Origin: Eledone cirrhosa
Lineage: Eukaryota
Reading direction: 5' to 3'
DNA: 64,000 bases
Assembly (NCBI GenBank): GCA_964016885.1
Contig: OZ024747.1
Span: 4,588,001 to 4,652,000 of the forward strand
The notes beneath the pieces are model-generated. The model worked only from the letters and a program-made list of their open reading frames with translations. It was not told where the DNA came from and made no database searches. The first letter of the stretch is position 1. Each line of letters opens with the position of its first letter. This document shows, piece after piece, positions 16,132 to 30,220 of the stretch. Both the position numbers and the translations under genes were made by a program.

Positions 16132-17633
16132 GTGTGGTGTGTGTGTGTATACATTCGTATACACACACGTGTGCATGGATGTGTCTGTATGCATGTGTGT
16201 GTGTGCATGTATGTGTGTGTGTACATATGTGATGTATGTATAAACATGCATACATGCAGTGTATACATATATACGTGGAATGGAAACATTCGTCTATTTG
16301 GAAACTTGAGAAAAAATGAAACAAATGAAATAAAATTTAGAAACAGAAAAAGAAAAAAAAATAATATTAAAAAAAAATACAAACAAAAAATAACATAAAA
16401 AAACTGCAAACACGCATAAAAAAAGTAAAACTTGGTATTTAAAAAAAAAGATATATCCCAATCGAAAAAGCTTGTAAAAGAAATGTGTTAGAAATGAAAA
16501 GCTGTGAAATGATGACTTGCTGTTCTGTTATTCCACAGATTTACTGGGAAATCCACAGAACAGACAATAGTTAACTTTCAATAATGAAGAGATTCTTATT
16601 AAGAGATGCTTTATAATGAGTTGTTAATTTATATATGGTATATACATACAGATGTACAGATGTACAGATGTACACAGGTGTACAGATGTACCAACATACA
16701 GCTATACAGATGTACCAACATACAGACATACAGATGTACCAACATACAGATGTACAGATGTACCAACAAACATACATACAGGGACACAGACATACACAGA
16801 GATATGTTAGCTACACAGATTACAAGATGTGTGGTGTATATAGTTATTTACATACATGGACACAAACAGATACATGCAGTTACATAGAGATACATAGATA
16901 TACACAGGTGCAGACACACAGGCACAGGCTGATACATACAGATACACACATACAGGCACATGCAGATACACATACAGACAAATACAGACACACAGACACA
17001 CGCAGACCCATGCAGATACATACAGATACACATACAGACAAATACAGATCCACACAGACACACACAGACCCATGCAGACACACACAGGCACATGCAGTCA
17101 CACACACACAAATACACACACACATACATTCACAGACACACATACACATGCCCATACAATCACACACACACATGCAGACACACATACACACACACATATA
17201 CACACATACATACACACATATACGTTGCCACATGCAATCATACAGACACACATGTACTGATTCTATGACAATAGCATCAGAATTATCTACGGCTTTAGAG
17301 AGACTTTGTCTAATCCACCTTCTTCACTTCACTCTCTCTCTCACTCTCTCTCTCTTTCTCAGCCATTCTCTTCTTTCTCTCCTTCTCCCCCCTCTCTCCC
17401 TCTCTCTCTAATGCTTTCAATATATTTCAATCTCTCTCTCTCCCTCTCTGTTAGACTATTTCAAATATGGATGCTTGAATTTTTGATAACTTATTTTAAT
17501 TTAATACTTTTTCATTTTGTTTCTCTACTCTGTGTATGAATATATAAATATATGTGTGTATGTGTGTCCAATACGTGTGTATGTGGAAATACACACACAT
17601 ACACACATGTATGTATGTATACACACACACATT

Positions 17634-17770
17634 CTGATGAGCTTTTGATTCCAGAGTAGGGCCCGATCGATAGTAATTGAACCTTGAACTGATCAACTGC
17701 AAAATGTGTCACATCTGAGTAAACTTAATAAAAATTTGACACCTCTTCCATGGCCAATAAATGAAACCAT
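17634..17770 (+). ncRNA. Degenerate hammerhead (family C)
   Basis: CTGATGA-GC TT TTGAT...ATCAA CT GC-AAAA-TGT-GTC; homolog of 7366-7430. Confidence 0.5.
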
Positions 17771-17819
17771 TATTATTATTATTATTATCATTATTATTAT
17801 AATATATATATATATATAT

Positions 17820-18011
17820 AACGAAGGAAGTGTGGTAAGATACCAGGTGGATACTTTGGGTAGTAGAGTGGGTAATAGAAAAAGAGTCAGGACCCCAACG
17901 GCAGAGCTCAAGCCGTTTTGATGGCTATTTCTGAACCTAGAAATTTCTAGACCCAGAAATAGCCGTCAAAACGGCTTGAGCTCTGCTGTCGGGGTCCTGA
18001 CTCTTTTCCTA
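17820..18011 (-). mobile_element. Family A cassette with fold-back
   Basis: Arms about 17876-17945 and 17943-18011; tail 17820-17875. Confidence 0.75.
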
Positions 18012-18594
18012 TATATATATAGATAAGAAATAAATAGGCATCTTTACTAATGTATAGAGTACCTTATCTAATTGTGGTTCCCTTTTGTTCATCTTTTATA
18101 TATATATATATTAAGATATATATGATGTCATCAGTTTTAATACCCAGAAATCAGAAGGTAGAAGGATATGAGTAAAAACTTCAAGAAATTTTATTTCTGC
18201 TGCTCCAATTAATTGTAGAGCTTCACTAACTTCTATTTTGTGTCTGGGTTTCTCTCTTTTTCTTTTTCCTTCCAAAATCTCATTAATAATTTAAATTCAT
18301 ATTTTTTGTATATCTGATTTTGTTTTCAATCTCTCTGCTGGTCTTTTTTATTATTATTGACAATCAGGTTTTTGTACAGTTAAAAATACAACAGAACTCT
18401 TATCAATATCTTTAGCTTTCATTCAGCTTGAATCTTGATATTTGAAATATGTTCAGTTTAGCAGGATAGGAATTTGTTGTGGTTTGTCTTGGTTGGTTGT
18501 GTATCATTTAAATATATGGATCTTCACCAGTTTTAATGATGAGTGTTTGTTTTAGTTGTTGGATCAACAAAGCAGCTTATATGGTAAATTAACA

Positions 18595-18775
18595 TGTGAG
18601 GGACTGAGGAGACCCAGAGGTAGACCCTGAACAAGATGGTTGGATAACATCCATGAGCTTGGCTAGTCTCACTTGGGGATCAAGTTGGAGACAGGACCTG
18701 CTGGAAGGAGTGTTTGAGGACTCTGCCCCCAACGACCCTTTCAGAAATAAGTGGGTGAAGAAGAAGAGATGTGAC
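18595..18775 (+). mobile_element. Decayed RTE-like LINE 3' fragment
   Basis: RRPRGRP*TRWLDNIHEL..; homologous to 30060-30220. Confidence 0.65.
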
Positions 18776-19397
18776 TGAGTATTCCATAGACACAAGAACC
18801 TTTAACATATCTCACAAGAAGTCACAGCCTCACATCATTTCTGTGTTGATATAAGTCTGACAGATCCTTATGGCCTGAATTTTATTTGAAGTTACGATGT
18901 TCCTAGATTGGTTGTATAAGTTTTTTGGCATGTGTTTTATGGTTGAATACTCTTCCAAATGTCTATAACTTTATCAAATGTACTGGCTGCATTTTGTTTT
19001 GGAACAAGTTGCTTGTGAATTTGCCTTCAAGTTAGCAAAATTAAAGAGTACTCAATCTTGTAAGACTCAAAACGAGCTAAACATCATCATAGCTTTTACC
19101 TCCATGCTAGATTTGATGTTGAAAACTAGTCAGGTAATTTTACTGAAATGGTTTATGCAGTTGTCTTGTATAAAACAGCTACATGGTTTCATTTTCATAA
19201 AGAGTCCTGTCACTATTTTTATTTATAAATGTATTTATAAATGTATTATTTAAGCACCAGTAATACACTGGGTTCAATTTAATTGACATAATCATCCCTC
19301 CAAAATTGTTGGCCTTGTGCCTAAATCACAAAGCATTATACATAAACTATAAACAACAAAAGTGAAATGCCTTATTATCAGTAAATATATATATATA

Positions 19398-19724
19398 CTG
19401 ATACCTTGGTTCAGGAACATCTCTTATCAGGAACAAATTGATTCCTGAACAATTTTTCTGAACATAAAATGTCTCAGCTCAAGAACAGTATATCGAGTAA
19501 CGAACACACAAACCAGCAACAACGATTGGCCACAAGGTGAGAGTAGCAGAGGGAAAGTGTCACTTGCTATGTAGTCAGTTATTATGGTGATATCTTTCAC
19601 ATGCAGTCTCTCTCACTGAATTTCTCTCTCAACATTTTGTAACGGAATAAGTTTCGGTTTACAAACACTTTGGGTGACAAAAAGCCTTCAGGAATAAATT
19701 TGTTTGTTAACCAAGGCTCCATTG
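19398..19724. mobile_element. Tigger/pogo-like (Tc1/mariner superfamily) MITE, degenerate
   Basis: Imperfect TIRs CTGATACCTTGGTTCAGGAAC and TTTGTTAACCAAGGCTCCATTG, with flanking TA. Confidence 0.55.
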
Positions 19725-19728
19725 TATG

Positions 19729-19759
<31 letters not shown>

Positions 19760-19786
19760 ATTATATATGTATGTATGTATGTATAT

Positions 19787-19817
<31 letters not shown>

Positions 19818-19952
19818 ATTATATATATATGTATGTATGTATATTATATATATATATATGTATGTATGTATATTATATATATATATATATGTATGTATGT
19901 ATATTATATATATGTATATATGTATATTATATATATATATATGTATATTATA

Positions 19953-20177
19953 TCATCATTTTCATCATTTTATTTTACGTCCACTTTTCCCTGCTTGCAA
20001 GGGTGGGACGGGAACTGATTCTGGCTTGATTTCTACAGCTGGATGCCCTTCCTAACACCAACCTCATTTACAGTGAGTACTGGGTGCTTTTTTGCCGTGG
20101 CACCTCCACGACCACTTTGCAGTGGAATGATACGGAACCCAGTCCCTATCATCTCATTTCTACAGTTGAGTAAACTG
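19953..20177 (-). mobile_element. 5'-truncated copy of SINE 10081-10476
   Basis: Near-identical body and tail. Confidence 0.85.
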
Positions 20178-20272
20178 TATATATATATTATATATTATAT
20201 ATATATATTATATATTATATATATTATATATATATATTATAAATATTATATATATATATATATATACCAAAT

Positions 20273-20430
20273 AGATCTACCAACTCATAATTGTTTCTAC
20301 TTTAGGCACAAGGCCAGCAATTACCCAGTACATTACTGGTACTTTATTTTATCGACCCTGTAAGGATGAAAGGCAAATTTAACCTCGGCGGGATTTGAAC
20401 TCAGACTGTAAAGATCTACCAACTCATAAT
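20273..20430 (-). mobile_element. 5'-truncated SINE with 19-bp target-site duplication
   Basis: AGATCTACCAACTCATAAT at 20273-20291 and 20412-20430 flanks a GGATGAAAGGC/GATTTGAACTC SINE body. Confidence 0.85.
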
Positions 20431-20555
20431 ATTATAATATTATAAAATTAAATCAAATTATTTAGAACTACAAATGAAGTCATTCTTTTCCTTTTTTTCA
20501 AATATACCTAACTGTACCATGGAACTCACACATTTTCCAATATATATATATATAT

Positions 20556-20587
<32 letters not shown>

Positions 20588-20597
20588 ATATAAATAT

Positions 20598-20634
<37 letters not shown>

Positions 20635-20649
20635 AATATATATATATAT

Positions 20650-20681
<32 letters not shown>

Positions 20682-20704
20682 ATATAAATATAATATATAT
20701 ATAT

Positions 20705-20736
<32 letters not shown>

Positions 20737-20775
20737 ATATAAATATAATATATATATATAATATATATATATATA

Positions 20776-22400
20776 TCATCATCATCATCATCATCATCAT
20801 CAGGTTTAGCGTCCGTGTTCCACGCTTGCATGGGTTTGGACGGGGGTTTTCCCACTTGAGGCAAGAGTGGTTGTCTTGCTCGCATAGGACTGTCTGGCGG
20901 GTTTTCTACAGTTGGATGCCCTTCCTAACACCAACCACATTTACAGTGTGGGGCTGGGAGGTTTTTACCGTGTTGCCTACACGGCCACATTACAGCGTGG
21001 ACTGTCTGGCGGGTTTTCTACAGCTGGATGCCCTTCCTAACACCAACCACATTTACAGTGTGGGGCTGGGAGGTTTTTACCGTGTTGCCTACACGGCCAC
21101 ATTTACAGCGTGGACTGTGTGTTTTTTGTCGTGACACCTACACGATCTCATTTGTTTCGGCCTGGATGTTGTGGGACCAACATAACTTTACATTGAAAGG
21201 GGCGGTGTGGGTGGGGTGGAGGTGGTGGGACGGGGGTGTGTTTTGATAGAGATGCCTACTGACTGTAGTAGGTTTTTACTTTGTATTTAGGTAAGGCGGG
21301 TCTTCTCTATTACTGAGTACCGCCAAAGGTCTCGGTCCAGTGACATTGTCTTGGAGAGGTGTAAGCGTGTGAGGTCGGAATTTATCAGCTCGTCCCATGT
21401 TTTTCTGGGTCTGCCTACTCCGTGGCTACCGTCTATCTTTATTGCCCTGCACTTTGTTATACAGCTGTCGTCTTTCATGCGCATCACGTGACCGTACCAA
21501 CGTAGCCTTCTCTCGAGTAAACAACATCTGATCCCTCTTATTTCTAATTTTTTCCTTAGTTCGTTTATGCTTTGCCGTTCACGTATATTACTATTGCACA
21601 TCCAGCGGAGCATGCAAGCTTCGTTCCTCTCTAGTCTGCGTATATCCTCTGCACACAATGCCCAGGTCTCACTGCCATGCAGCATTGCTGTTCGTATGCA
21701 GGCATCGTATAACCTGCCTTTCATTTTTAGGGAGAACCCTCTAGCGGCTAATAGTGGTATAAGCTCTCTGAACTTTTTCCATCCAGTTCTGACTCTAGCT
21801 ACTGTACTTTCAGAGCACCCTCCCCCACTGCTGATTTTGTCACCCAGATAACGGAAGCTGTCCACTATTTCTATAGAACCCTCTGCGCAGTTGAAGGAGC
21901 TAGTATTTTGTGGGCACTTGCTGCTACTTATTGCACCAGAGCACCGGCCACATGTAAAATCTATGTTCTTAGTTAGCTTACCTGTGATCCCACTACATCT
22001 TTTATGCACCCATACTTTGCATTTGGGACATAAAATGGAGTTTCTACCTACGCCTTTCCTACACACTGAGCATGGCCATTTCCCAGATGGGACCGCCGCC
22101 TTATTTTCTTTCCTACAAACTAGTACTTTAGTCTTAGCCAGGTTAATTTTAAGGCCTTTTGATTCTAGGCCGTGCTTCCATGTTTGGAATTTCTTCTCTA
22201 GTTCGGTCATTGATTCAGCTATGAGTGTTAGATCATCTGCGTATAGGAGTTCCCATGGGCAGCCGGTCTTGAACTCCTCTGTTATAGCCTGAAGGGCAAT
22301 AATAAATAGTAGGGGGCTAAGAACAGAGCCCTGATGGACACCAACTTTTACGCTAAACTCTTCACTATATTCGTTGTTAATTCTAACCTTACTGACTGTT
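20776..22400 (-). mobile_element. 5'-truncated RTE-clade LINE (ORF end, 3' UTR, (GAT)n tail)
   Basis: Uninterrupted RT ORF, a 3' UTR with a 112-bp tandem duplication (20887/20999), tail at 20776-20801, TA flanks. Confidence 0.9.
21287..22400 (-). CDS. Non-LTR reverse transcriptase C-terminal half with inserted PHD-like zinc finger (5'-truncated, no true start)
   Basis: GVHQGSVLSPLLF, LLYADD, CSVC..CPKC..WVHKRC..CGRC, RRLRWYGHV, GRPRKTW; N-terminal 26 aa of the track ORF are microsatellite. Confidence 0.85.
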
Positions 22401-22419
22401 ATATATATATAAATATATA

Positions 22420-22450
<31 letters not shown>

Positions 22451-22524
22451 AATATAATATATATATAGGAGGCACATGGCTTAGTGGTCTGAGCAAACAG
22501 CACGGACACTCTATCTCAAAATTA

Positions 22525-22690
22525 TTTTTGAAAAGCATTTAGAAATGCGCAACCGGTAAAAACTTAAAAACTTAAAACCACAACTGAATACTAACCCATA
22601 CAATCACTAATACTCTTTTATTCCTAATTAAACCATTTTTCAACTGTGAACAATTTGTCAGCATTTTCTATTCCGTTTACCAATATATTT
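22525..22690 (+). ncRNA. Variant hammerhead-like motif (U3-A8 core) plus tail
   Basis: TTT-TTGAAAA-GCATTT AG AAATGC-GCAA-CCGG-TA-AAA; related to 35603-35716. Confidence 0.45.
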
Positions 22691-22802
22691 ATATATATAT
22701 ATATATATAATCCCAAAAAGGTGGGTGATTTCCAATGTCATCACCCACTTAATTTCAAATTTGTGCATGTGTGTGTGTGTGTCTGTGCATGTGTGTGGGT
22801 GT

Positions 22803-22860
<58 letters not shown>

Positions 22861-23155
22861 CTTAATACATGTAGAAATACATTGGACCCAAATTAAAGAA
22901 CTAAACATGAAAATTCCAGTTAAATATTTAGTTTCCCTGAAAGAGACGGCAACTTTAAGGTTCTGTAGATTAGAAAGCTGAAATTTGTTGAAACTTTAAA
23001 GAATGCATGCTTATATGTGTGTGTGTGAGTATATATATATATAAATATATGCATGTGTGTGTAGTGTGTGTATGTGTTTATATGCATATGTGTGTAGTGT
23101 GTTTATATATATATATATATGTATGTATATATAAATGTATATATATGTGCATGTA

Positions 23156-23242
<87 letters not shown>

Positions 23243-23504
23243 ATGTGTTTCAGTATGTGTATGTGCCTCTGTGTGTGTATATATATGTATATCTATATAA
23301 ATGTATGTATATATATGTATATATATGTATACATGTGTATGTATATATATATGTATATATATATATGTATATGTATGTATATATGTGTATGTATATGTAT
23401 GTATATATGTGTATGTATATATATGTATATATATGTATGTATATATGTGATATGTGTCTGTATATATATATGTATATATATATATATGTATATATATATA
23501 TAAA

Positions 23505-23560
<56 letters not shown>

Positions 23561-23568
23561 GCATGTAC

Positions 23569-23616
<48 letters not shown>

Positions 23617-24057
23617 TCAGAAAGAACTGATCGATAGCTATATTATATGCACATGTTTCAAGAAAATACAGAAAAAGAAAGAAACAGTTGGTATCTTAAA
23701 AGTCAGTGGTTTGTGTAAGTATATGCTAGTATCAACTCTGTGGTGCATTTGTGTTCCTGTTCTTACATATATTATTGAAAGAGTGATGGCTTGACGGTTG
23801 AGTGATTAAAGAGAATTTGGTTTTCCCCCAAAAGACAGGTAAATGAAAGCCTATTATTTGACAGACTAAAGCATTCCATGCCAGAATTGGGAGAATGGAC
23901 ACAGAACCATTGCAAAACCATTTATAATGATGATACGGATTATATGGATAGTGAAATGCATACATACTCACTGACATAGTCACACACATATACTTATGCA
24001 TGCCTACATATATGTACGTGTAAATATATGTGTATGTATATACATACATATGTATAT

Positions 24058-24123
<66 letters not shown>

Positions 24124-24124
<1 letters not shown>

Positions 24125-24201
24125 ACAAAGGAATTGTGGTAAGGAACCAGATGGACCATAATGCACCAGAGTACTCAATACTTAGGGTAGTAGAGTGGGA
24201 A
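24124..24201 (-). mobile_element. Family A tail fragment in (TA)n
   Basis: GTGGTAAGGAACCAGATGGACCATAATGCACCAGAGTACTCAATACTTAGGGTAGTAGAGTGG. Confidence 0.75.
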
Positions 24202-24419
24202 ATATATATATATATGTATGTATATATATATATGTATATATATATATATAATGTGGTGTGTGTGTTTGTGTTTGTAAGTCTTTATAAATGAGTGTGTATG
24301 TACTTATATGCATGAGTATGTATGTGTGAGAATAAAGCTACAGTCCCATACCTTAGGTTTCATACAGCCTGCCTAATATGGAAATGACTTTAAACTTGCA
24401 GTTCAATAAATGCATTGAT

Positions 24420-24620
24420 ACATCTATCTGTTTATCCTTCTGTCTATCAATCATCTATCTACCTACCTATCTATCTATCTATCTATCTACCTATCTATCT
24501 ATCTATCTATCTATTTTTCAATCCATCTATCTATCAATCATCTATCTATCTATCTATCTATCTAGCTGACTGAGTGGTCAACCCCCCTCATTCTCTTCCC
24601 CTTCTTATCTTTTTCTTCCC

Positions 24621-24701
<81 letters not shown>

Positions 24702-24710
24702 CTATTTATT
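24420..24710. repeat. (TCTA)n and (TC)n microsatellites
   Basis: Direct sequence. Confidence 0.9.
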
Positions 24711-24899
24711 ATATATACATATACATATATATATATATGTATATGATATATATATATATATAATATACATACACAGAAAAACATAAACTTGTGTATGTAT
24801 GCATATATGCATGGAAAATAGATGTTAAATGGTAATGACAATGACACATATACACACATACCATAATACATACACATAAATATACACACACACACACTC

Positions 24900-24934
<35 letters not shown>

Positions 24935-27195
24935 GCGGAGAGAGAGAAACATTTGATATATACAAAGACATGCACATACATATGTATGTCTGCACTTGTG
25001 AGAATTTGTGAACTCATTCATGTGAAAAACAGAATATTCCTCTTTATCTTTTTCCCTCCCACCCACCCCCACCATTTTCTTTCTAGCTTCCATTCTCCTC
25101 GTTTTTATAGCTTTTCTTTGTCTTTATTTGTTTATTCATTTATTCCTTCTTTCCTTCATTTATTTATTATTATCATTATTATTATTGTTATTATTATTAT
25201 CATTATCATTGCTATTGTTGTTGTTGTTGTTGTTGTTGTTGGCTTAGCTCTGCAGTGTGGAAAATAAGTATCACCAGTTCCACATTGGCATTAAAGTGGT
25301 TGGAGCTCCAGTAAACTCACCCAAGTGGAAAACCCACCTGCTTTGAAAGAACTAGAAAACTGATGGCAAATATTCTATTGAAAGTTGCAGGGTTCCTGTC
25401 CCCCCACTCCGTCACCATCCATACCATAGCATCCAATAGGGCAGGTGGTGCAGGTGGTGGTACTTATGACTGTAGATATGATGGTGGTGGTGGTTGTAGT
25501 TGTAGTAGTGGATTATTACATTGAGGTGTGATGATGGTGATGATGATGGCAATGGTGTGATTTAGAAGTGGTGTTGGTGGTGGAATTCGGTGCTTGTTAT
25601 GATGATGATGATGATGATGATGACTGTTGTTGTGTGGTGGGATTGTTACTGGAGGGTAGTAAACACTACAATAACAACAACAACGACAATGACAACAGCA
25701 AAAACAACAACAGTAAGAACAACAAAAATGGCAAAAAGCATTAACAACAACAACAACAATTACTCAAATGAAGATAAAATAGAAATGAGAAAAAATTCAG
25801 TGTGAGAAAATGGAAGAAGTGACAGCGGGGAGAAGATACTAGAACTTCTCTCTACTGCTTTCTCTATCTCTTTCAGTTTTCTTTCTCCCCTCACACATCC
25901 ACACACATACAGACACACACACACATCCACACACACTCACACACACACATACACATCCACTCACACACACACACACACACACACATCCACACACACACCT
26001 ACACACACACTCATCCACTCACACTAACACTCACACACTCACATACACACACACACCTACACACACACATCCACTCACACTAACACACTCACACACACAC
26101 TCAAACACACACTCACTCACACACACATCTACTCACACACTCACACTCACACACACACACACTCACACACACACTCCCTCTATTTTTCTCCAGATAATCA
26201 TCAATTTCAATGCAGATTCTGAAAAAACCATCTGCCATCTATCTGGCCACTTAACCCAGCTTTGAGAGAATGTTTCCAGTTTAGTATTATAGCACATAAA
26301 CACACAAACACATACATATATACATGCATACACACACACACATACATGCATACACAAACACACATACACAAACTCACACAAACATACACACACATACATA
26401 CATACACAAACATGCATACATACACAAACTCACACAAACATACATACACAAACTCACACAAACATACATGTATACATACACACACATATACATATATATA
26501 TATATATGTACATATATACATATACACAGACATGCACAAACACACACATACATGTATGCACAAACTCACACAAACACACATGCACACACACACACGCTAA
26601 CATACATACACATTCACACATACAAACTAACACCAAACACATTTATACAGCATGTGGATGTGGATCAAAGAAGAAATATATTACAGTACATATTTCATGG
26701 GTTGTTTCTGTTGATGTGTGTGTGTGTGCGTAATGGAACCTGCAGTTTATGCATGTGGATGTATGTGTGTGTGTATGTGTGTGTGTATGTATGTGTATGT
26801 CTATGTGTATATATATGTGTTTGTATGTATGTGTGTGGGTGTGTGTATGTGTGTGTGTGTAATGGAGCCTGCAGTTTATGGATGTGGATGTATATATGTG
26901 TGTGTGTGCATTTCTGTGTGTGTATGTATGTGTATGTCTATATGTGTTTGTATATGTGTATGTATGTATGTGTATATGTGTGTATGTGTGTGTCTGTGTG
27001 TATGTCTGTGTGTGTATGTGTGTGTGTATGTGTGTGTATGTATGTGTATGTCTATATGTGTGTTTATATATGTGTGTGTGTGTATATGTGTGCATGTGTT
27101 ATGAAACCTGCAGTTTATGGAAGTGTATTATTAAATAGATAATGGATCATAAGTTGTAGTTTGTTGATTCTGTAGATGGTGTGTAAAGATTGACT

Positions 27196-28170
27196 AGATA
27201 GACCACCAGAGGGTGTTGTGGAGATAGACCACCAGAGAGTGTTGTGGAGATAGACCACCAGAGGGTGTTGTGGAGATAGACCACCAGAGGGTGTTGTGAT
27301 AGACCACCAGAGGGTGTTGTGGAGATAGACCACCAGAGGGTGTTGTGGAGATAGACCACCAGAGGGTGTTGTGGAGATAGACCACCAGAGGATGTTGTTG
27401 GCTGGAGATAGACCAGAGTGTTGTTGTGATAGACCACCAGAGGGTGTTGTTGAGATAGACCACCAGAGGATGTTGTTGGCTGGAGATAGACCAGAGTGTT
27501 GTTGTGATAGACCACCAGAGGGTGTTGTTGAGATAGACCACCAGAGGATGTTGTTGGCTGGAGATAGACCAGAGTGTTGTTGAGATAGACCACCAGAGGG
27601 TGTTGTTGTGATAGACCACCAGAGGATGTTGTTGGCTGGAGATAGACCAGAGTGTTGTTGAGATAGACCACCAGAGGGTGTTGTTGTGATAGACCATCAG
27701 AGGGTCTTGTTGAGATAGACCACCAGAAGGTGTTGTTGACTGGAGATAGACCAGAGTGTTGTTGAGATAGACCACCAGGGGGTGTTGTTGACTGGAGATA
27801 GACCACAGTGTTGTTGAAATAGACTACCAGAGGGTGTTGTTGTTGACTATATATAGACCACAGTGTGTAGATATTGACTATATATAAACTGCAGTGTGTA
27901 GATATTGACTATATAGACCATAGTGTGTAGATATTGACTATATAGATAACAGTGTGTAGATATTGACTATATATAAACTGCAGTGTGTAGATATTGACTA
28001 TATATAGACAACAGTGTGTAGATATTGACTATATATAAACTGCAGTGTGTAGATATTGACTATATATAGACAACAGTGTGTAGATATTGACTATATATAA
28101 ACTGCAGTGTGTAGATATTGACTATATATAGACAACAGTGTGTAGATATTGACTATATATAGACAACAGT
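27196..28170. repeat. Two abutting minisatellites (GAGATAGACCACCAGAGGGTGTTGT.. then GTGTGTAGATATTGACTATATA..)
   Basis: About 26-bp units to ~27840, grading into ~31-bp units. Confidence 0.9.
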
Positions 28171-28533
28171 AATCTAAATTTGAAATTTGATAAGCCGAAC
28201 AACTGTGACATTTCTTGATAGATATTAGTATATATTTTGAAAAGGTACTCCACAGTTTGTAGATATTAATGTAATAATCTACAGAATGAAGACATCAACT
28301 AGATGTACTACACTCTGTATATGCTGATTGAACACATACTGTGTTTATAGCCTGGGTTTCTAACTCACCAATGCCAGCTGTTTGATGTCCAGTGTGAGGT
28401 TTCTGCAGTCAGTGATCTTTTAGGATGACATTTCATATGCAGATGTTAAACCTTTGTGTTTCTTCAGGGCCTTAGTCAGTGCAATGGTCTACCAAAAGAT
28501 TTTAGAATACTTCATGCTGCCAATGTGTATATA

Positions 28534-28605
<72 letters not shown>

Positions 28606-28850
28606 GCATATTTATTGATAGAATTTAGTGCCAGCTTAAAGTATGAATATTTTCCAACATAATAATTGTTCTATATATATGTGTGTACACAATGCTGTGT
28701 TTCTCAACAGATATATACCTTTTTCTCCTCTCTCTATCTCTTTATATCTTTGAAACTTGTATAATTTATGCTCTCAACTAAGGTTTATTGAGTTTTTTTT
28801 ATTGAGAAATATTATCATTACATATCAATACCATTACATAGTATATATAC

Positions 28851-28881
<31 letters not shown>

Positions 28882-28882
28882 A

Positions 28883-29040
28883 TAGTTGGATTCCCAATGT
28901 TTATCAGGAGGTGACCAAAGTTAAAAAGAAAGGTACTCAATAAGTTATTAAAGTATAGGCATATTTACTTCTTTATTTTTATAGAAATGACCTCTACAGG
29001 TCTAGAACTGTTTTATTCATATGAAATTATCAGGAAAGTG
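28883..29040 (-). mobile_element. Family B cassette with degenerate hammerhead
   Basis: On -: CTTTC-CTGATAA-TTTC ATAT GAAT-AAAA-CAG TTCTAGAC CTG-TA-GAGG. Confidence 0.6.
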
Positions 29041-29233
29041 ATATATATATATTTCTTAAATATAAGATATTTTAGCCTGGAACCCTCTAAGAAATAGAAA
29101 CTTATCTTTTTCCATTTCTTAGAGGGTTATAAACCCCACTATCAGGCTAAAATTTCTTTAGTCAAAAATACGGCGAAAGCTTTTATTTCTATTTTCAAAC
29201 TCGCTCGCTGTTTCAAAACATACTTACTTGTTT

Positions 29234-29268
<35 letters not shown>

Positions 29269-29879
29269 ATATATAACTATATGTACATATATATAACTAT
29301 ATGTATATATATATATAACTATATGTATATATATATGAAATCTGCATCAGTATATTTGTTTTATGATTACTTTAATGGTGGCATGATAGATCTCAGGTGT
29401 TTCAAACAAGGTCAAGCTATGATGGTGTTTTCCAGATTTCCATGGTTATGATCAACTGTCATTCTGTGTAAACATAAAACCTAAGCATAAGAATGGTTTG
29501 CTATGTCAGAAATAAAAGTTCTTTACCATTCTCTAGTCCAACACCAGATCAGTTTGAGCAGACATTTGATCAAAAACTATTCTCGATTATCTAAAGTGTT
29601 TTTTTTTTGTTTTTAGATGGTATCTTAGGTGCTGGATATTTGGCTACTATTTCTAGCAAGTTGTACAGAGACATAGAGACTTATGTGTGTGGGCACATTT
29701 ATTTAAAACTGTTGTTGCTCCACAGTCAGCTCTGATTGAGCAGATTCTTGATACAAACTTTCCATCCATGGCCATCCCATCCCAACGTATTTGTATATCA
29801 GTGACTACTAGATGTAAAAGCTAAACTTGTTATATTCAAATCAGTATTCATGTCAAAAGAATATGATTAAGAATACAAT

Positions 29880-30220
29880 TGACTGAAATGGGGTTCCTCC
29901 AAAGAGTAAAGTTACTTGATAGAGTGTGTAACTCAGAGATCAGAGAGTCACTTCAGGAAGAGCCCCTACTTCTCCAGATTGGGAGATGACAACTCTGATA
30001 TTACCGACATGTGGTTAGAATGTCTGAGAAAAGAATCACTGGAGAGATTTTACAGTCAAAACAAACTGAGAGGAGACCCAGGGGTAGACACTGATCAAAT
30101 TTGTTGGATAACATCCATGAGCTTGTCTAATCTTACTTGGGGGATCCAGCTGGATCAATAGGAGGCAATAGCTTCTGACAGGACCCATTGGAGGGAGTGT
30201 TTGAGGACTCTGCCCCTACA
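29880..30220 (+). mobile_element. Decayed RTE-like LINE 3' fragment
   Basis: YYRHVVRM..RRPRGRH..LDNIHEL..DRTHWRECL, with stops. Confidence 0.65.

Noticed and set aside
25260-26290. Possible host exons (GGGTGAGT donor on - near 25320; TTTTCTCCAG acceptor near 26193)
   Set aside because: No paired splice sites with a recognisable open frame; cannot be supported without transcripts
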